From NCBI GenBank assembly GCA_037441675.1, contig JBBIRS010000005.1:43648-107647 (forward strand): DNA of 64,000 nucleotides, read 5' to 3'. This DNA is from Planctomycetales bacterium. GTDB lineage: Bacteria > 4484-113. The notes under the pieces were generated by a model. That model had not been told where the DNA came from, searched no databases, and saw only the letters and a list, made by a program, of their open reading frames with translations. The translations under genes were made by a program, and so were the position numbers. Below, piece by piece: positions 18,523 through 28,400 of this stretch (position 1 is its first letter; every line of letters starts with the position of its first letter).

Positions 18523-19464
18523 TTGGGAAGAAATCTTATAACTGAAAATGACATTAGCGCGGATGAGACAATTCTTCTATTTCGTGATGCGAAGCATTTT
18601 AAGAAATTGAGGAAGAAGGAACTTGCGAAATTTTCCCATAGGCTTGTCGGTAGAAGAATGCTTCTGCTATTCTACGAGCCTTCCACCAGGACGCGTATAA
18701 GTTTTGAGCTATCTGCGCGGAATCTTGGCATTCAAACTACCATTGTTGAATCTTCATATTCTTCTGCGATGAAGGGTGAAAGTTTAGTGGATGAAGCACA
18801 AACTTTCGACGCTCTTGGATTTGATGTTGTGGTGATGCGGCACCCAGAAATAGGCGCGGTAAAGAACTTCTCCTTATACTTTACTGGCAGTGTTATTAAC
18901 GCGGGCGATGGGATTAACGCTCATCCTACGCAGGCACTGGTGGACGCCTTTACCTTGTGGGAGAGGGGTTTATTGCGGAGCGATGTCAACATTGGTATAG
19001 TGGGCGACATTTTGAACAGTCGCGTGGCAAGAAGCAATGCTCGCCTACTCAATAAGTTTGGCATCCTTCCCAGTTTCATTGCTCCACCTGAATTTCTGCC
19101 AAAAATCCTACAGGGGGATAATCAACTCATTGAAGTTCCGGGGGAGCTTGGCTATCGGGTGCACGTTATGTACGACCTTGATGAAGCCATTGAGAAATTG
19201 GACGTGATTATGATGCTCAGAGTCCAAAGGGAAAGGTACGAGAGTCTGCCTATGTCAATACCAGAGTTTAGTAGGCGATACCAACTTAACTCTGGAAGAC
19301 TTTCCAAGCTTAAACCATCCGCGGTGATTATGCACCCTGGGCCGGTTAATCGAGCGGTGGAGATTTCTGATGATGTTTTTGCGGACAGTAGGTGCCTTAT
19401 TAACGAGCAGGTCGCTAATGGGGTTCCCCTGAGGATGGCTCTACTTAATTTTCTTCTGGAATAG
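18523..19464 (+). CDS. pyrB: Aspartate carbamoyltransferase catalytic subunit
   Basis: FYEPSTRTRISF, NAGDG..AHPTQ, SRVARSN and MHPGP motifs. Confidence 0.96.
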   Translation: MGRNLITENDISADETILLFRDAKHFKKLRKKELAKFSHRLVGRRMLLLFYEPSTRTRISFELSARNLGIQTTIVESSYSSAMKGESLVDEAQTFDALGFDVVVMRHPEIGAVKNFSLYFTGSVINAGDGINAHPTQALVDAFTLWERGLLRSDVNIGIVGDILNSRVARSNARLLNKFGILPSFIAPPEFLPKILQGDNQLIEVPGELGYRVHVMYDLDEAIEKLDVIMMLRVQRERYESLPMSIPEFSRRYQLNSGRLSKLKPSAVIMHPGPVNRAVEISDDVFADSRCLINEQVANGVPLRMALLNFLLE

Positions 19465-19518
19465 ATGAAGTTGGAAAACGGGCTGGCGGTAGTGGATAAT
19501 TCTTGATTTTGCTTAGGG

Positions 19519-20559
19519 TTAGTTTAGGATTCTCGTTGGAGTTAGGATTACTCTATCTTCCATAACCATCTTTGTTTTAGCGGTCGCTACCAATTGACCA
19601 TCGGCGTCCAGAATAAACATAGGCTCAACAGTTCCCTGTAATTCCTCCCGCAGTACTTTGGTTTCAAGAAATAGCGGTCGCCCCGTTTTAAGGTGATGAA
19701 TGCTCTTCATATCAAGGGTAAGCGTTCTTTCAGGCTCTGCAATAAAGCTCTTAGGTAGTAGGCATTCCTGCTCAAACTTTCCCTCGGAATAAAGGCGTTC
19801 AATTTGTTCAAGGGTTAAGGAATTCTCAATTTTGAAAGGACCCACTTGCTCCCTTACAAGGGAAAAGACGCAACCTTTAGCGGAAGTAGTTTCTCCCAAA
19901 TCCCGAGCTAGACTCCTCACGTAAAATCCTCCACGGCAGAAAATCCTGATTGTGAGAAGCTTTAAGGTGTGTTCCTTTAATTTAGGATGCTGTGAAAGCT
20001 GTTTGTTTATATCATTAGCTTCATCGGTTAATAGATGAGTAAATTGTCTAGAGATGTCGCTTAATGAAGGACCGTCTTTGAAATCCAAAATTTCAAAGTT
20101 TTCCAAGACGACACTCTTCTCTCTTGCCGGCACTTCCTTGCCCTTAGCCGCAAGTTGATAAAATCTCTTTCCACCTACTTTGGTGGTGGAGAACGTTGGA
20201 GGTATTTGTGAAATTGACCCTATGAACTTGCGAAGCGCTTTCTCAATATCATCAACCGTCAACGCCTTGGCATCCCCGATGTCAATTATTTTCCCGTAAA
20301 TATCGTCGGTGCTTGTGGATAAGCCGAATAGAAAGGATGTCAAGTAAACCTTAAGAAATGAGCCAAAGAAAAAAAATAACCTATTAGCCGAACCAATTCC
20401 TACGGGAAGAACACCTGTTGCAGGTTTATCCAGCACCCCGGAATGGCCTATTTTTCTGATGCCTGTTAGTTTTCTTAGCCTTCTTATTACTTCAAACGAA
20501 GTGATGCCTGGGGGTTTGTCGATATTGAGAAAACCTGAGTACTGCTTAAGTTCTTGCAT
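19519..20559 (-). CDS. truB: tRNA pseudouridine(55) synthase TruB, divergent
   Basis: DKPPGITSF, KIGHSGVLD..ATGVL and YVRSLARDLG motifs; PUA-like C-terminus. Confidence 0.9.
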   Translation of the reverse strand: MQELKQYSGFLNIDKPPGITSFEVIRRLRKLTGIRKIGHSGVLDKPATGVLPVGIGSANRLFFFFGSFLKVYLTSFLFGLSTSTDDIYGKIIDIGDAKALTVDDIEKALRKFIGSISQIPPTFSTTKVGGKRFYQLAAKGKEVPAREKSVVLENFEILDFKDGPSLSDISRQFTHLLTDEANDINKQLSQHPKLKEHTLKLLTIRIFCRGGFYVRSLARDLGETTSAKGCVFSLVREQVGPFKIENSLTLEQIERLYSEGKFEQECLLPKSFIAEPERTLTLDMKSIHHLKTGRPLFLETKVLREELQGTVEPMFILDADGQLVATAKTKMVMEDRVILTPTRILN

Positions 20560-20576
20560 AAGTTTTTTCTTTCGGC

Positions 20577-20930
20577 TCAGAATAATGGCGCGGTGTAATC
20601 CTGCATCAGTGGATTCTCAACTTCCATCACGGTTACTAAGTTTAGATAGGATTGAATAACTCCCTCGCTTTTTAGCCTCTCCAGTATCTCGGTGATAATT
20701 TGAGGATGCAACTGGCTTCCCACTTCACCTGTCACCTTAGCTTGACCTTTTTCAACCGTGATGGTTAGTTCTTCTACGTTCAGTCGGGTATCAGCCCTGA
20801 GGGCTTCTTCAACTTTCTTCTTTGCGATTGCGTCAGGATTTGGCTTGAAGCATCCCGCACTCGGCACACTTATGATTGAAAGCCCAAGAACACAAATTAT
20901 GACGCTAAATATTAAGCTCTTTTTATTCAT
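20577..20930 (-). CDS. BON-domain (lipo)protein
   Basis: Signal with SAGC; D..IAKKKVEEAL..D......ITVEKG.A.VTGEV pattern. Confidence 0.75.
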   Translation of the reverse strand: MNKKSLIFSVIICVLGLSIISVPSAGCFKPNPDAIAKKKVEEALRADTRLNVEELTITVEKGQAKVTGEVGSQLHPQIITEILERLKSEGVIQSYLNLVTVMEVENPLMQDYTAPLF

Positions 20931-21136
20931 CTTATAATTTTAGTAATATTTAGTGTTATATTAACACCTTTATTCTACCTTAATACTTTTTGTGTAAATC
21001 TGTTTCCCTTTGCTTTTCATTTAACGTAAGTGGATAAGCTGATGTAGTTTATGACTTAATAGCGAAGAAGCTTGTTAATAAGCTAGTAAAATTTATTTAC
21101 TCAAGCATTTACTCGTGTTAAAATATAGACTTGAAT

Positions 21137-21154
21137 TTGAGAAATTCTTCTCAA
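21137..21154. promoter_or_regulatory. Palindromic Rex/CRP-like operator upstream of sucC
   Basis: TTGAGAA-ATTC-TTCTCAA with perfect arms, between a TGtTAAAAT -10 and the RBS. Confidence 0.5.
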
Positions 21155-21167
21155 AGAGAGGATCCTC

Positions 21168-22322
21168 TTGAAAATACACGAATACCAGGCAAAGGAACTA
21201 TTCAGTCAGTTTGACATACCCATTCTTCCAGGAAGGGTAGCTTTTAATGTTGAGGAAGCGCTTTCTATTGCTGGGGAGTTTGGACTTCCCGTAGTGATTA
21301 AGGCGCAGGTACACGTTGGTGGACGCGGTAAGGCGGGTGGAATCAAGGTGGCTAAAACATTTCAGGATGTTGAGGTGCACTCCAAAAATATTCTCTCAAT
21401 GGAAATAAAGGGCCTGCCGGTTAAAAAGGTTCTTATCGCCAAGGCAGTGGACATCAGGGAAGAGTACTACTTAGGGCTAACCCTTGACCGCGATGCTCGC
21501 CTTATTGTTTTTATCTTCAGCACAGCTGGGGGAATTGACATCGAAGAAGTAGCAGCTACCTCTCCCGAGAAGATAACTCGCGTTAATATTGATCCACTTT
21601 TCGGTGTTATGGATTTTCAGCTTAAGAAGCTAATTTACGATTCTCGGGTGGATAATGACAAGATCAAAGATATTTTGAAAATCGCGAGAAAACTTTACGA
21701 GTGCTACATAGCCGTAGATGCAAGTTTAGCGGAGATTAACCCACTTGCTATACTAACTTCTGGCGAAGTAGTAGCCCTTGATGCTAAGTTAATCATAGAT
21801 GATAACGCGCTATACCGTCAGCCTAAGCTTGAGCAGTTAAGAGAGATAGGGGATGATTTGGATGAACTAGAAGCAGAGGCGCAGAAACTTCATCTAGCTT
21901 ACGTCCATATGCCCAAAGATAAGCGTGGTTCCATCGGTGTTATGGGAAACGGAGCTGGACTTGTTATGAATACTATGGATGAAGTTACAAGAGCTGGCGG
22001 TATGCCTAACAATTTTCTTGATATTGGTGGGACTGCAACCCCTGAAGTGGTGGAAGCTTCACTCAATCATATCCTGAAGGACGAGGTGGTCCAGGGTATT
22101 TTAATAAACGTTTTCGGAGGCATTGTTCGTTGCGATATTGTGGCGGAGGGCCTATTGAAGGCTTATGAAAGGCTTCCACGGAAAGTTCCAATTGTTATTC
22201 GGATGACTGGCACAAACGAGGATTTAGCAAGAGAATTGCTGGAGGGAACGCCACTCATTTACGCTTCTTCTACGGAAGAAGGTGCTTGTAAGATAGTTGA
22301 ACTTGTTGGTCGGCAGAACTGA
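21168..22322 (+). CDS. sucC: Succinyl-CoA synthetase (ADP-forming) beta subunit
   Basis: HEYQAKEL, KAQV..GGRGKAGG, EINPL, GNGAGL and NFLDIGG motifs. Confidence 0.96.
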   Translation: MKIHEYQAKELFSQFDIPILPGRVAFNVEEALSIAGEFGLPVVIKAQVHVGGRGKAGGIKVAKTFQDVEVHSKNILSMEIKGLPVKKVLIAKAVDIREEYYLGLTLDRDARLIVFIFSTAGGIDIEEVAATSPEKITRVNIDPLFGVMDFQLKKLIYDSRVDNDKIKDILKIARKLYECYIAVDASLAEINPLAILTSGEVVALDAKLIIDDNALYRQPKLEQLREIGDDLDELEAEAQKLHLAYVHMPKDKRGSIGVMGNGAGLVMNTMDEVTRAGGMPNNFLDIGGTATPEVVEASLNHILKDEVVQGILINVFGGIVRCDIVAEGLLKAYERLPRKVPIVIRMTGTNEDLARELLEGTPLIYASSTEEGACKIVELVGRQN

Positions 22323-22380
22323 GAAGGGGTAGCTTTCCCTCGAGTACCATTACATCCGTATTTCATAGGTGAAAAAAATT

Positions 22381-23259
22381 ATGGGTATCTTAATTAATAA
22401 AAATACAAAGGTTATAGTGCAGGGAATAACTGGCCATGAGGGGAGTTTCCACACGCAGAGAATGATAGAATATGGCACACAAGTGGTAGCTGGAGTAGTT
22501 CCGGGAAAGGGTGGGCAGAGCTTCACCGAGGGGGGCGTCTCAATTCCCATTTTTAACACTGTTGAAAGTGCAGTTCGTGAAACGGATGCAAACGCTTCAG
22601 TGGTTTTTGTTCCAAGACAGTTCGCTCCTGATGCGATTATGGAGGCTGCGGATGCGGGATGCGAGGTAATTGTTACTATAACTGAGGGAATTCCAGTTAA
22701 CGATATGTTGAGAGTGGTAAATTACGTCAACTCACGCACGATGGCGGTTTTGATTGGACCGAACTGTCCAGGGATAGTTACCGTTGATGAATGTAAGATT
22801 GGAATAATGCCTGGGCATATCTTTAAGAAAGGTCCTGTGGGGCTTATTAGCAGAAGTGGAACTCTCACCTATGAGGTAGTTGATACCCTTACTCGTGGTG
22901 GAGTAGGACAGAGCACCTGTATTGGGATTGGAGGGGATCCTGTTATTGGAACGACCTTTCTGGACTTGCTTATGGAATTTCAAGCGGATGATGAGACGGA
23001 GGCGGTGGTGCTGATTGGCGAAATAGGTGGAAGCGATGAGGAGGAAGCCGCTGAGTATATTCCCGAGTTGGGCAAGCCTGTGGTTGCTTTTATCTCTGGT
23101 AGGACTGCACCGCCTGGGAAACGTATGGGGCATGCTGGCGCAATAATCTCGGGTGGGAAAGGCACCGCTGAAAGTAAAATTAAAGCCTTTGAGAAAGCTG
23201 GCGTTCCAGTGGCAAATACTGTTCAGGAAATCCCTCCTCTGCTAAAGGAACTTCTATAA
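22381..23259 (+). CDS. sucD: Succinyl-CoA synthetase alpha subunit
   Basis: [22 protein letters not shown] and MGHAGA (phospho-His) motifs. ATG 22381 preferred (AGGTGA RBS). Confidence 0.96.
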   Translation: MGILINKNTKVIVQGITGHEGSFHTQRMIEYGTQVVAGVVPGKGGQSFTEGGVSIPIFNTVESAVRETDANASVVFVPRQFAPDAIMEAADAGCEVIVTITEGIPVNDMLRVVNYVNSRTMAVLIGPNCPGIVTVDECKIGIMPGHIFKKGPVGLISRSGTLTYEVVDTLTRGGVGQSTCIGIGGDPVIGTTFLDLLMEFQADDETEAVVLIGEIGGSDEEEAAEYIPELGKPVVAFISGRTAPPGKRMGHAGAIISGGKGTAESKIKAFEKAGVPVANTVQEIPPLLKELL

Positions 23260-23324
23260 ATTCCAAATTTCAATTCTTTCTATATTTTAGCTACATTTCG
23301 GGGTAGAATAATTTGGAGTTCAAA

Positions 23325-23780
23325 ATGAAGGGAATTTTACTAGCCAGGTTGGTTCTGTTTGTGGTTTTCCTCTCGCTTATGAGTTTTATTTCAGCATCTT
23401 GTGGTGGAGGCAGATCAGGCGCAATCTTGACCATTGCGCTCCTAGACGAGCTTTTTGGAACTGAACGCTCTTCTATTTATGTAGATAACGCTGTTTCAAG
23501 GATAACCCTATCTAAGGGTGAAGAATTTCAACTTAGAATTATCCATCGACAAATAAGGCAGGATACTTACAGCTTGGGCTATGGATATGGGCGCTATTAC
23601 TACGAGGAAGATGTAACAGAGGAATCTGACTACTACTCAAGCAACCCAAATGTTGCCTCAGTGAGTTCTGATGGGTTGATTACCGCGATAAGCCCGGGAA
23701 GGGCTGTTATCTCAGTTAAGTTTGACCTACTTTTGCAGAAGGCTGACCAAACTTCAATTGAAGTTATTGTTCTAGAGTAG
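23325..23780 (+). CDS. Lipoprotein with a Big_2 (bacterial Ig-like) domain
   Basis: Lipobox-like ISASC; YSSNPNVASVSSDGLITAISPGRAVISV. Confidence 0.8.
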   Translation: MKGILLARLVLFVVFLSLMSFISASCGGGRSGAILTIALLDELFGTERSSIYVDNAVSRITLSKGEEFQLRIIHRQIRQDTYSLGYGYGRYYYEEDVTEESDYYSSNPNVASVSSDGLITAISPGRAVISVKFDLLLQKADQTSIEVIVLE

Positions 23781-23912
23781 ATTTTCAGATAGGTGATTCG
23801 CTAAGGTCGTTGCAGAATTATTAAAAATCCGCAGCAGCTTGGGCGTAGGAAATAAACTTTTCGCATTGCCTAAAAGACGCCGTTTACGTTTCTTGTAGAA
23901 TTTAGCCTTGCG

Positions 23913-23937
23913 AAAAATGGGGCGGTTTTTCCGCCCC
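23913..23937 (-). terminator. Intrinsic terminator for nfnAB and the candidate sRNA
   Basis: Minus strand GGGGCGG-AAAAA-CCGCCCC-ATTTTT. Confidence 0.8.
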
Positions 23938-23995
23938 TGCACTCATAATGAGGAGTGCCAAATCTCTCCCTCTATTACGAGGTCTTATCAGTCCT
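23913..23995 (-). ncRNA. Candidate ~83-nt small RNA in the 3' region of nfnB
   Basis: Has its own TTGCTT-17-TATAAT promoter, two hairpins and an intrinsic terminator. Confidence 0.5.
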
Positions 23996-24000
23996 ACATT

Positions 24001-24029
24001 ATTATATCTGAAAATTGGCTAAAAAGCAA
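24001..24029 (-). promoter_or_regulatory. Sigma70-type promoter just downstream of the nfnB stop codon
   Basis: TTGCTT (24029-24024), 17 nt, TATAAT (24006-24001). Confidence 0.6.
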
Positions 24030-24042
24030 GCTTCGCGAGCTC

Positions 24043-25629
24043 CTATGCGGAAACCGCTAACTGCGCTTTTAACTGCTTTTCACCCCATTTAATTTTTCCC
24101 TCTCTCACCGCGGAGAGGTAGCGGTCAATTCCCCGTGCGGCTTTTTTGCCCTGTCCAACCGCAAATATTACAGTACTTGCACCGACGGTAATATCCCCTC
24201 CTGCAAATACATAAGGCACACTAGTTTGCATACTTTCTTCATCTACAACTACGGTGCCACGTTTGGTTATCTCAAGCCCTGGGATTGAGCGCATTGCTAT
24301 CGGATTTGGACTTTGCCCAACCGCATTTAGAAGCGTGTCGCACTCAATTTCAAACTCACTTCCTGGAATTGGCACTGGTCTTCGCCTACCGCTTTCGTCC
24401 GGTTCTCCGAGTTCCATCTTGATGCATTTTAGCCCTTTAATCCAGTTGTTCTCATCGCGAATAATTTCAAGAGGTTGAGTCAAGAAGTTGAAAATGACTC
24501 CTTCCTGTTCAGCGTGCTCAATTTCCTCCGCTCGGGCTGGAGCTTCCGCTTTAGTCCTTCTATAAACGATGTGACTCTCCTTAACGCCAAGGAGCCTTAG
24601 GGAGACACGGGCACAGTCCATTGCGGTGTTGCCTGCTCCAACAGTTATAACTTTCTTGCCCACGTAGACTGGGGTATCGGCGTTGGGAAAATCCCAAGCC
24701 TCCATTAGGTTCACTCGTGTTAGAAATTCGTTTGCGGAGTAGACGCCATTTGCGTTTTCTCCTTTAATTCCCAGAAACGATGGAAGCCCAGCTCCTGTGC
24801 CAAGAAAGATTGCTTTGTAGCCTTCTTTCAACAGATCTTGCAGGGTTACGCTCTTTCCAAATACCGTATTGCACATAAACTTTACGCCCATATCCTCAAC
24901 AGTTTTTATCTCTGCATTTATGATTCTTCTCGGCAGACGAAAAGATGGAATTCCATAAACCAAAACCCCGCCTGGCTTGTGCAAGCTCTCAAAAACGGTA
25001 ACATCATAGCCAAGCTTGCAGAGATCCGCCGCACAGGTAATTCCCGCAGGCCCACTTCCAATCACCGCAACCTTCTCCTTTGTGGGTGTGTATCGTGTAA
25101 TTGTAGGTGGCTCTTTCTCAAACTTATCTAGCATATACTCCGCCACAAACTGTTCAAGCCTGCCAATAGCTACTGGACCCTTCTTTGCCAGTAAGCATTC
25201 CATCTCGCATTGGACCTCCTGGGGACAGACCCTTCCACAAATAGCTGGCAGAGCATTACTCTCCTTAAGGATTGCATAAGCACCTTCTAGATTACCCTTC
25301 ACTATTTCAAGAATAAACGCTGGGATATTGACTTCCGCAGGGCATAGCGGGATACACTTTGGGTTGGCACAGCCCAAGCACCTTTGAGCCTCCAAAAGCG
25401 CAATATCGGCTGGATAACCAAGCACCACTGATTCAAAGTTGAGAATTCTTGCCATAGGGTCTTGCTCCGGCATTGGCTGGCGCTGTATCTTCAACCGCTC
25501 TTTCTTTGGTAGCCCCACTAATGGCTTTTCTGTTCCCGCTTCTTCCCTCTTCTTTCTTTCCGCAAGTTCCTTTGCGCGCTTAAGGCGTTCCTCTTTCGTA
25601 TCATCACGTTTTTCTTTAGTTTCATCCAT
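24043..25629 (-). CDS. nfnB: NfnB/SudA-type (GltD-like) large subunit of NADH-dependent reduced ferredoxin:NADP+ oxidoreductase
   Basis: RCLGC..PKC...CP and CGRVCPQEVQCE Fe-S motifs; GSGPAG, GAGNTAMD and FAGGD; paired with the nfnA-like gene. Confidence 0.85.
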   Translation of the reverse strand: MDETKEKRDDTKEERLKRAKELAERKKREEAGTEKPLVGLPKKERLKIQRQPMPEQDPMARILNFESVVLGYPADIALLEAQRCLGCANPKCIPLCPAEVNIPAFILEIVKGNLEGAYAILKESNALPAICGRVCPQEVQCEMECLLAKKGPVAIGRLEQFVAEYMLDKFEKEPPTITRYTPTKEKVAVIGSGPAGITCAADLCKLGYDVTVFESLHKPGGVLVYGIPSFRLPRRIINAEIKTVEDMGVKFMCNTVFGKSVTLQDLLKEGYKAIFLGTGAGLPSFLGIKGENANGVYSANEFLTRVNLMEAWDFPNADTPVYVGKKVITVGAGNTAMDCARVSLRLLGVKESHIVYRRTKAEAPARAEEIEHAEQEGVIFNFLTQPLEIIRDENNWIKGLKCIKMELGEPDESGRRRPVPIPGSEFEIECDTLLNAVGQSPNPIAMRSIPGLEITKRGTVVVDEESMQTSVPYVFAGGDITVGASTVIFAVGQGKKAARGIDRYLSAVREGKIKWGEKQLKAQLAVSA

Positions 25630-26551
25630 AGGGATTACTCCTAATTGAGTGTTTAATTAAAGGGTGCTCCGGGGGGAGTTTGTGCCTATTTTCTGAAATC
25701 CACTTCTCCAAGGCGCATTTTTCAAATTCCACAAAAGCCTTCTGCCGCATCATTAACTCATCAAAATCTACGCGGTGTGCATCAAAATCTGGTCCATCAA
25801 CGCAAGCAAATTTAGTTTCGCCATCTAGGTTAAGCCTGCAGGCTCCGCACATTCCGGTTCCGTCAACCATTATTGGGTTTAGTGAAGCGTAAGTGGGAAT
25901 TTTCTTCTCCTTTGTAATCTGCGCTACAAACTTCATCATAATTACAGGTCCACAGGTGATAACAAAGTCAACTTGACCCTCATTGATTAGGTTTCGGAGG
26001 GGGTCAGTGACTACACCTTTTATTCCCAAGCTTCCATCGTCCGTGGTGATAATTAGTTCGTCGGAGACCTCCCGCATTTCATCAACTAGGATTAAGAGAT
26101 CTGCCCTTCTAGCTCCAACTATGGAGATCACGTAATTTCCACTTTGACGCATCGCTCTTGCGATGGGTAACATTTCAGCAGTTCCAAGCCCTCCCGCTAC
26201 GACTGCGACATTGCCATACTTCTTGATGGGAGTAGGATTTCCCAGTGGTCCAACAATATCTCTCAGAGAATCGCCCACGTTGAGAGTTCCAAGGGCTAGA
26301 GTGGTTTTTCCAACTTCCTGAAATATGAGCGTGATTGTGCCATTTTCAGAATTTGTTTTGGCGACCGTGAGGGGTATTCTTTCTCCTCGTTCGAGAGCTC
26401 TCAGAATTACAAATTGCCCAGGCTCAGCTTTCTTTGCAATGAGCGGAGCGTAAACGTCAATATGAACGACGTTTTCCGATAGCCTTCTCTTATATGTGAT
26501 TTCTCCTAGCCTGGGCAATGATTCTCTCTCTAGATGAGTGGTTTCTGGCAA
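25622..26551 (-). CDS. nfnA: NfnA/SudB-type FAD/[2Fe-2S] small subunit
   Basis: PGQFVILR...GERIPLT, GPLG.P, GGLG, MVDGTGMCGACR and FACVDGPDFD motifs. Confidence 0.88.
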   Translation of the reverse strand: MPETTHLERESLPRLGEITYKRRLSENVVHIDVYAPLIAKKAEPGQFVILRALERGERIPLTVAKTNSENGTITLIFQEVGKTTLALGTLNVGDSLRDIVGPLGNPTPIKKYGNVAVVAGGLGTAEMLPIARAMRQSGNYVISIVGARRADLLILVDEMREVSDELIITTDDGSLGIKGVVTDPLRNLINEGQVDFVITCGPVIMMKFVAQITKEKKIPTYASLNPIMVDGTGMCGACRLNLDGETKFACVDGPDFDAHRVDFDELMMRQKAFVEFEKCALEKWISENRHKLPPEHPLIKHSIRSNPYG

Positions 26552-26611
26552 TTTGAGCTATGGATAGTTTAGCATTAAGCTAAATATATTGCAATCTAAG
26601 TATTATATAAT

Positions 26612-26629
26612 ATGTGAAATATATCACTA
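26612..26629. promoter_or_regulatory. Rex/CRP-like operator upstream of nfnA
   Basis: ATGTGAA-ATAT-ATCACTA next to a minus-strand TATAAT. Confidence 0.55.
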
Positions 26630-26701
26630 ATATTTTCAGGTTCATTTGCGATTCTAGCATAAAATTTACGGGAAAATTTTGGATGAATGGGGATAGGAAA
26701 G

Positions 26702-27352
26702 CTAAGTTTTTCCGGAGAGCATATCCTTCAGCCTTCTAGCGGCGGATACAATATCCTTAGCAGAGCAAATAGCTCTAATCACTGCGATTCTTCTTCCACC
26801 GGCTAAGATAAGTTCGGGCAGTGTTTTAGTATCAATTCCTCCAATGAAAACAGTTCTTTTTTTGATACTTTCGGGGATTTGTGAAACAAAATAAACGCCC
26901 AGGGGATTTCCATATTTAAGTTTGCTTGGTGTTGGGAAAATCGGACCAAGGAAAAGATAATCCGCGCCTCTATTAATTGCGTCCTTTGCCTCTTCCACCG
27001 AATGAGCGGAATAGCCAAGCTTGATGTTCTTTGGGAGGAGCTTTCTCACATCCTCAATTGTGCCATCTTTCCTGCCAAGATGGACAGCGTCAGGCTTTAG
27101 TATTTCTGCAAGTTCTGGATTATGGCTTAGGATAAAGGGCGTTTTTCCTTCACGGCATATGCTTCCTACATCTTTACCTATTTCAATTATCTCTTCTGCA
27201 GAGCAATCAATCATTCGCAAAACTATCGCATCCACGCCGCCCCGTATAGCAAGCTGAGTAACCTCTTGAAGGGTTCTAGGGGCTGAGGTTTGCCTATCTA
27301 ATACGAGAAAAAGGCTCGCTTTGATATACCAATTTGCGTTTGATTCATTCAC
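26702..27352 (-). CDS. thiE: Thiamine phosphate synthase
   Basis: AVHLG, GYSAHS, ADYLFLGPIFPTPSK and IGGI motifs. Confidence 0.88.
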   Translation of the reverse strand: MNESNANWYIKASLFLVLDRQTSAPRTLQEVTQLAIRGGVDAIVLRMIDCSAEEIIEIGKDVGSICREGKTPFILSHNPELAEILKPDAVHLGRKDGTIEDVRKLLPKNIKLGYSAHSVEEAKDAINRGADYLFLGPIFPTPSKLKYGNPLGVYFVSQIPESIKKRTVFIGGIDTKTLPELILAGGRRIAVIRAICSAKDIVSAARRLKDMLSGKT

Positions 27353-27396
27353 TTCAATCTAATGTTTGTGAGATAAAGCTTGGAGACATAAACCCT

Positions 27397-28389
27397 TTAG
27401 CTCTTACCAATAGAAACCTGACCTCGCGCAAGGACATCATCTTCCAATCTGCGGATTTCATCAATGATGCCTTGTTCACGAAAGCTTTCCGCCTCTTGCA
27501 TCAGTATTTCATTTGCTTCTGAGATGAAGCCGACGCTTTTTCCCAGTGAGTAATCAAAACTTCCTAATCTTAAAAGAACGTCCCTAAGCTCCTTCTGGGC
27601 ATTATGCGGATCTTCACCAAATTGGCTAATCAGCTCAAGGCAGAGCTTTCTTTCCACTCTGAGGGCATGTATGATTGGGAGAGTTATTCTTCCCTCCCTG
27701 AGGTCGTTAAAGGTTGGTTTAAGAGTGATGTTTTCATCTGCGCTTAAATCCAGAATATCATCAACTATCTGAAACGCTCTGCCAAACAGCAGGCCGTACT
27801 CTCCGGCGGTTCTAATTACACTTTCTTCTGCACTGCCGAGGTATGCGCCCATCTCGCAGGCAAGCTTGAAGAGAGAGCCGGTTTTCAGGGAGATTATCCG
27901 TAAGTAGTCTTCTTCGCTTATCTTCAGGTTGCACTTATTGGCAACTTCTTCAAGCGCTCCTGCTCCAAGCTCCTTGCAGGCGGAAAGGGTATACTGCAAC
28001 AGGCGAATATCATTCAGCTCTGTTAAACTAGAGAAGAGAAGAGCCAAAATATAGTCGCCTACAAGCACCGCATGCTCATTTCCAAAGCTAGAGTTTATGG
28101 TATTTCTGCCTCTTCTGGTACTGGCGTCATCAATTACATCATCATGGATCAGTGATGCGGTGTGTAAAAGTTCGCAGGCAGCGGCGGAGCGTATTACCTT
28201 TTCCCTATCTGCTCCACCAAAAAGTTCCACAAAAAGTATTAATAGTTTCGGCCTGAGCCTTTTCCCAGAATCCGTAACTACCGATTCTGTATATTTAACA
28301 GCAATTGGGTCGGAATTCTTTAGTATGTCCCTTATTGAATTATCCACCTCTTCTAGGGTTGCTGTTACTGTTCTTTGAATTGAGTTCAT
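27397..28389 (-). CDS. Long-chain polyprenyl diphosphate synthase
   Basis: GKRLRP, LIHDDVID....RRG, KT and FQIVDDILD motifs. Confidence 0.93.
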   Translation of the reverse strand: MNSIQRTVTATLEEVDNSIRDILKNSDPIAVKYTESVVTDSGKRLRPKLLILFVELFGGADREKVIRSAAACELLHTASLIHDDVIDDASTRRGRNTINSSFGNEHAVLVGDYILALLFSSLTELNDIRLLQYTLSACKELGAGALEEVANKCNLKISEEDYLRIISLKTGSLFKLACEMGAYLGSAEESVIRTAGEYGLLFGRAFQIVDDILDLSADENITLKPTFNDLREGRITLPIIHALRVERKLCLELISQFGEDPHNAQKELRDVLLRLGSFDYSLGKSVGFISEANEILMQEAESFREQGIIDEIRRLEDDVLARGQVSIGKS

Positions 28390-28400
28390 TTTTTAGCGAA

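Noticed and set aside
23936..23961. CIRCE-like inverted repeat GCACTC-N8-GAGTGC
   Set aside because: The spacer is 8 nt rather than 9, the outer arms are imperfect, and it lies between convergent genes with no chaperone; better explained as an RNA hairpin.
23960..23995. Hammerhead-like CUGAUAA followed by a hairpin
   Set aside because: The core is not CUGAUGA and there is no GAAA after the stem.
27353..27396. TPP riboswitch before thiE (and cobalamin riboswitch before the BtuF-like gene)
   Set aside because: The intergenic gaps are too short and no riboswitch core motifs are visible.
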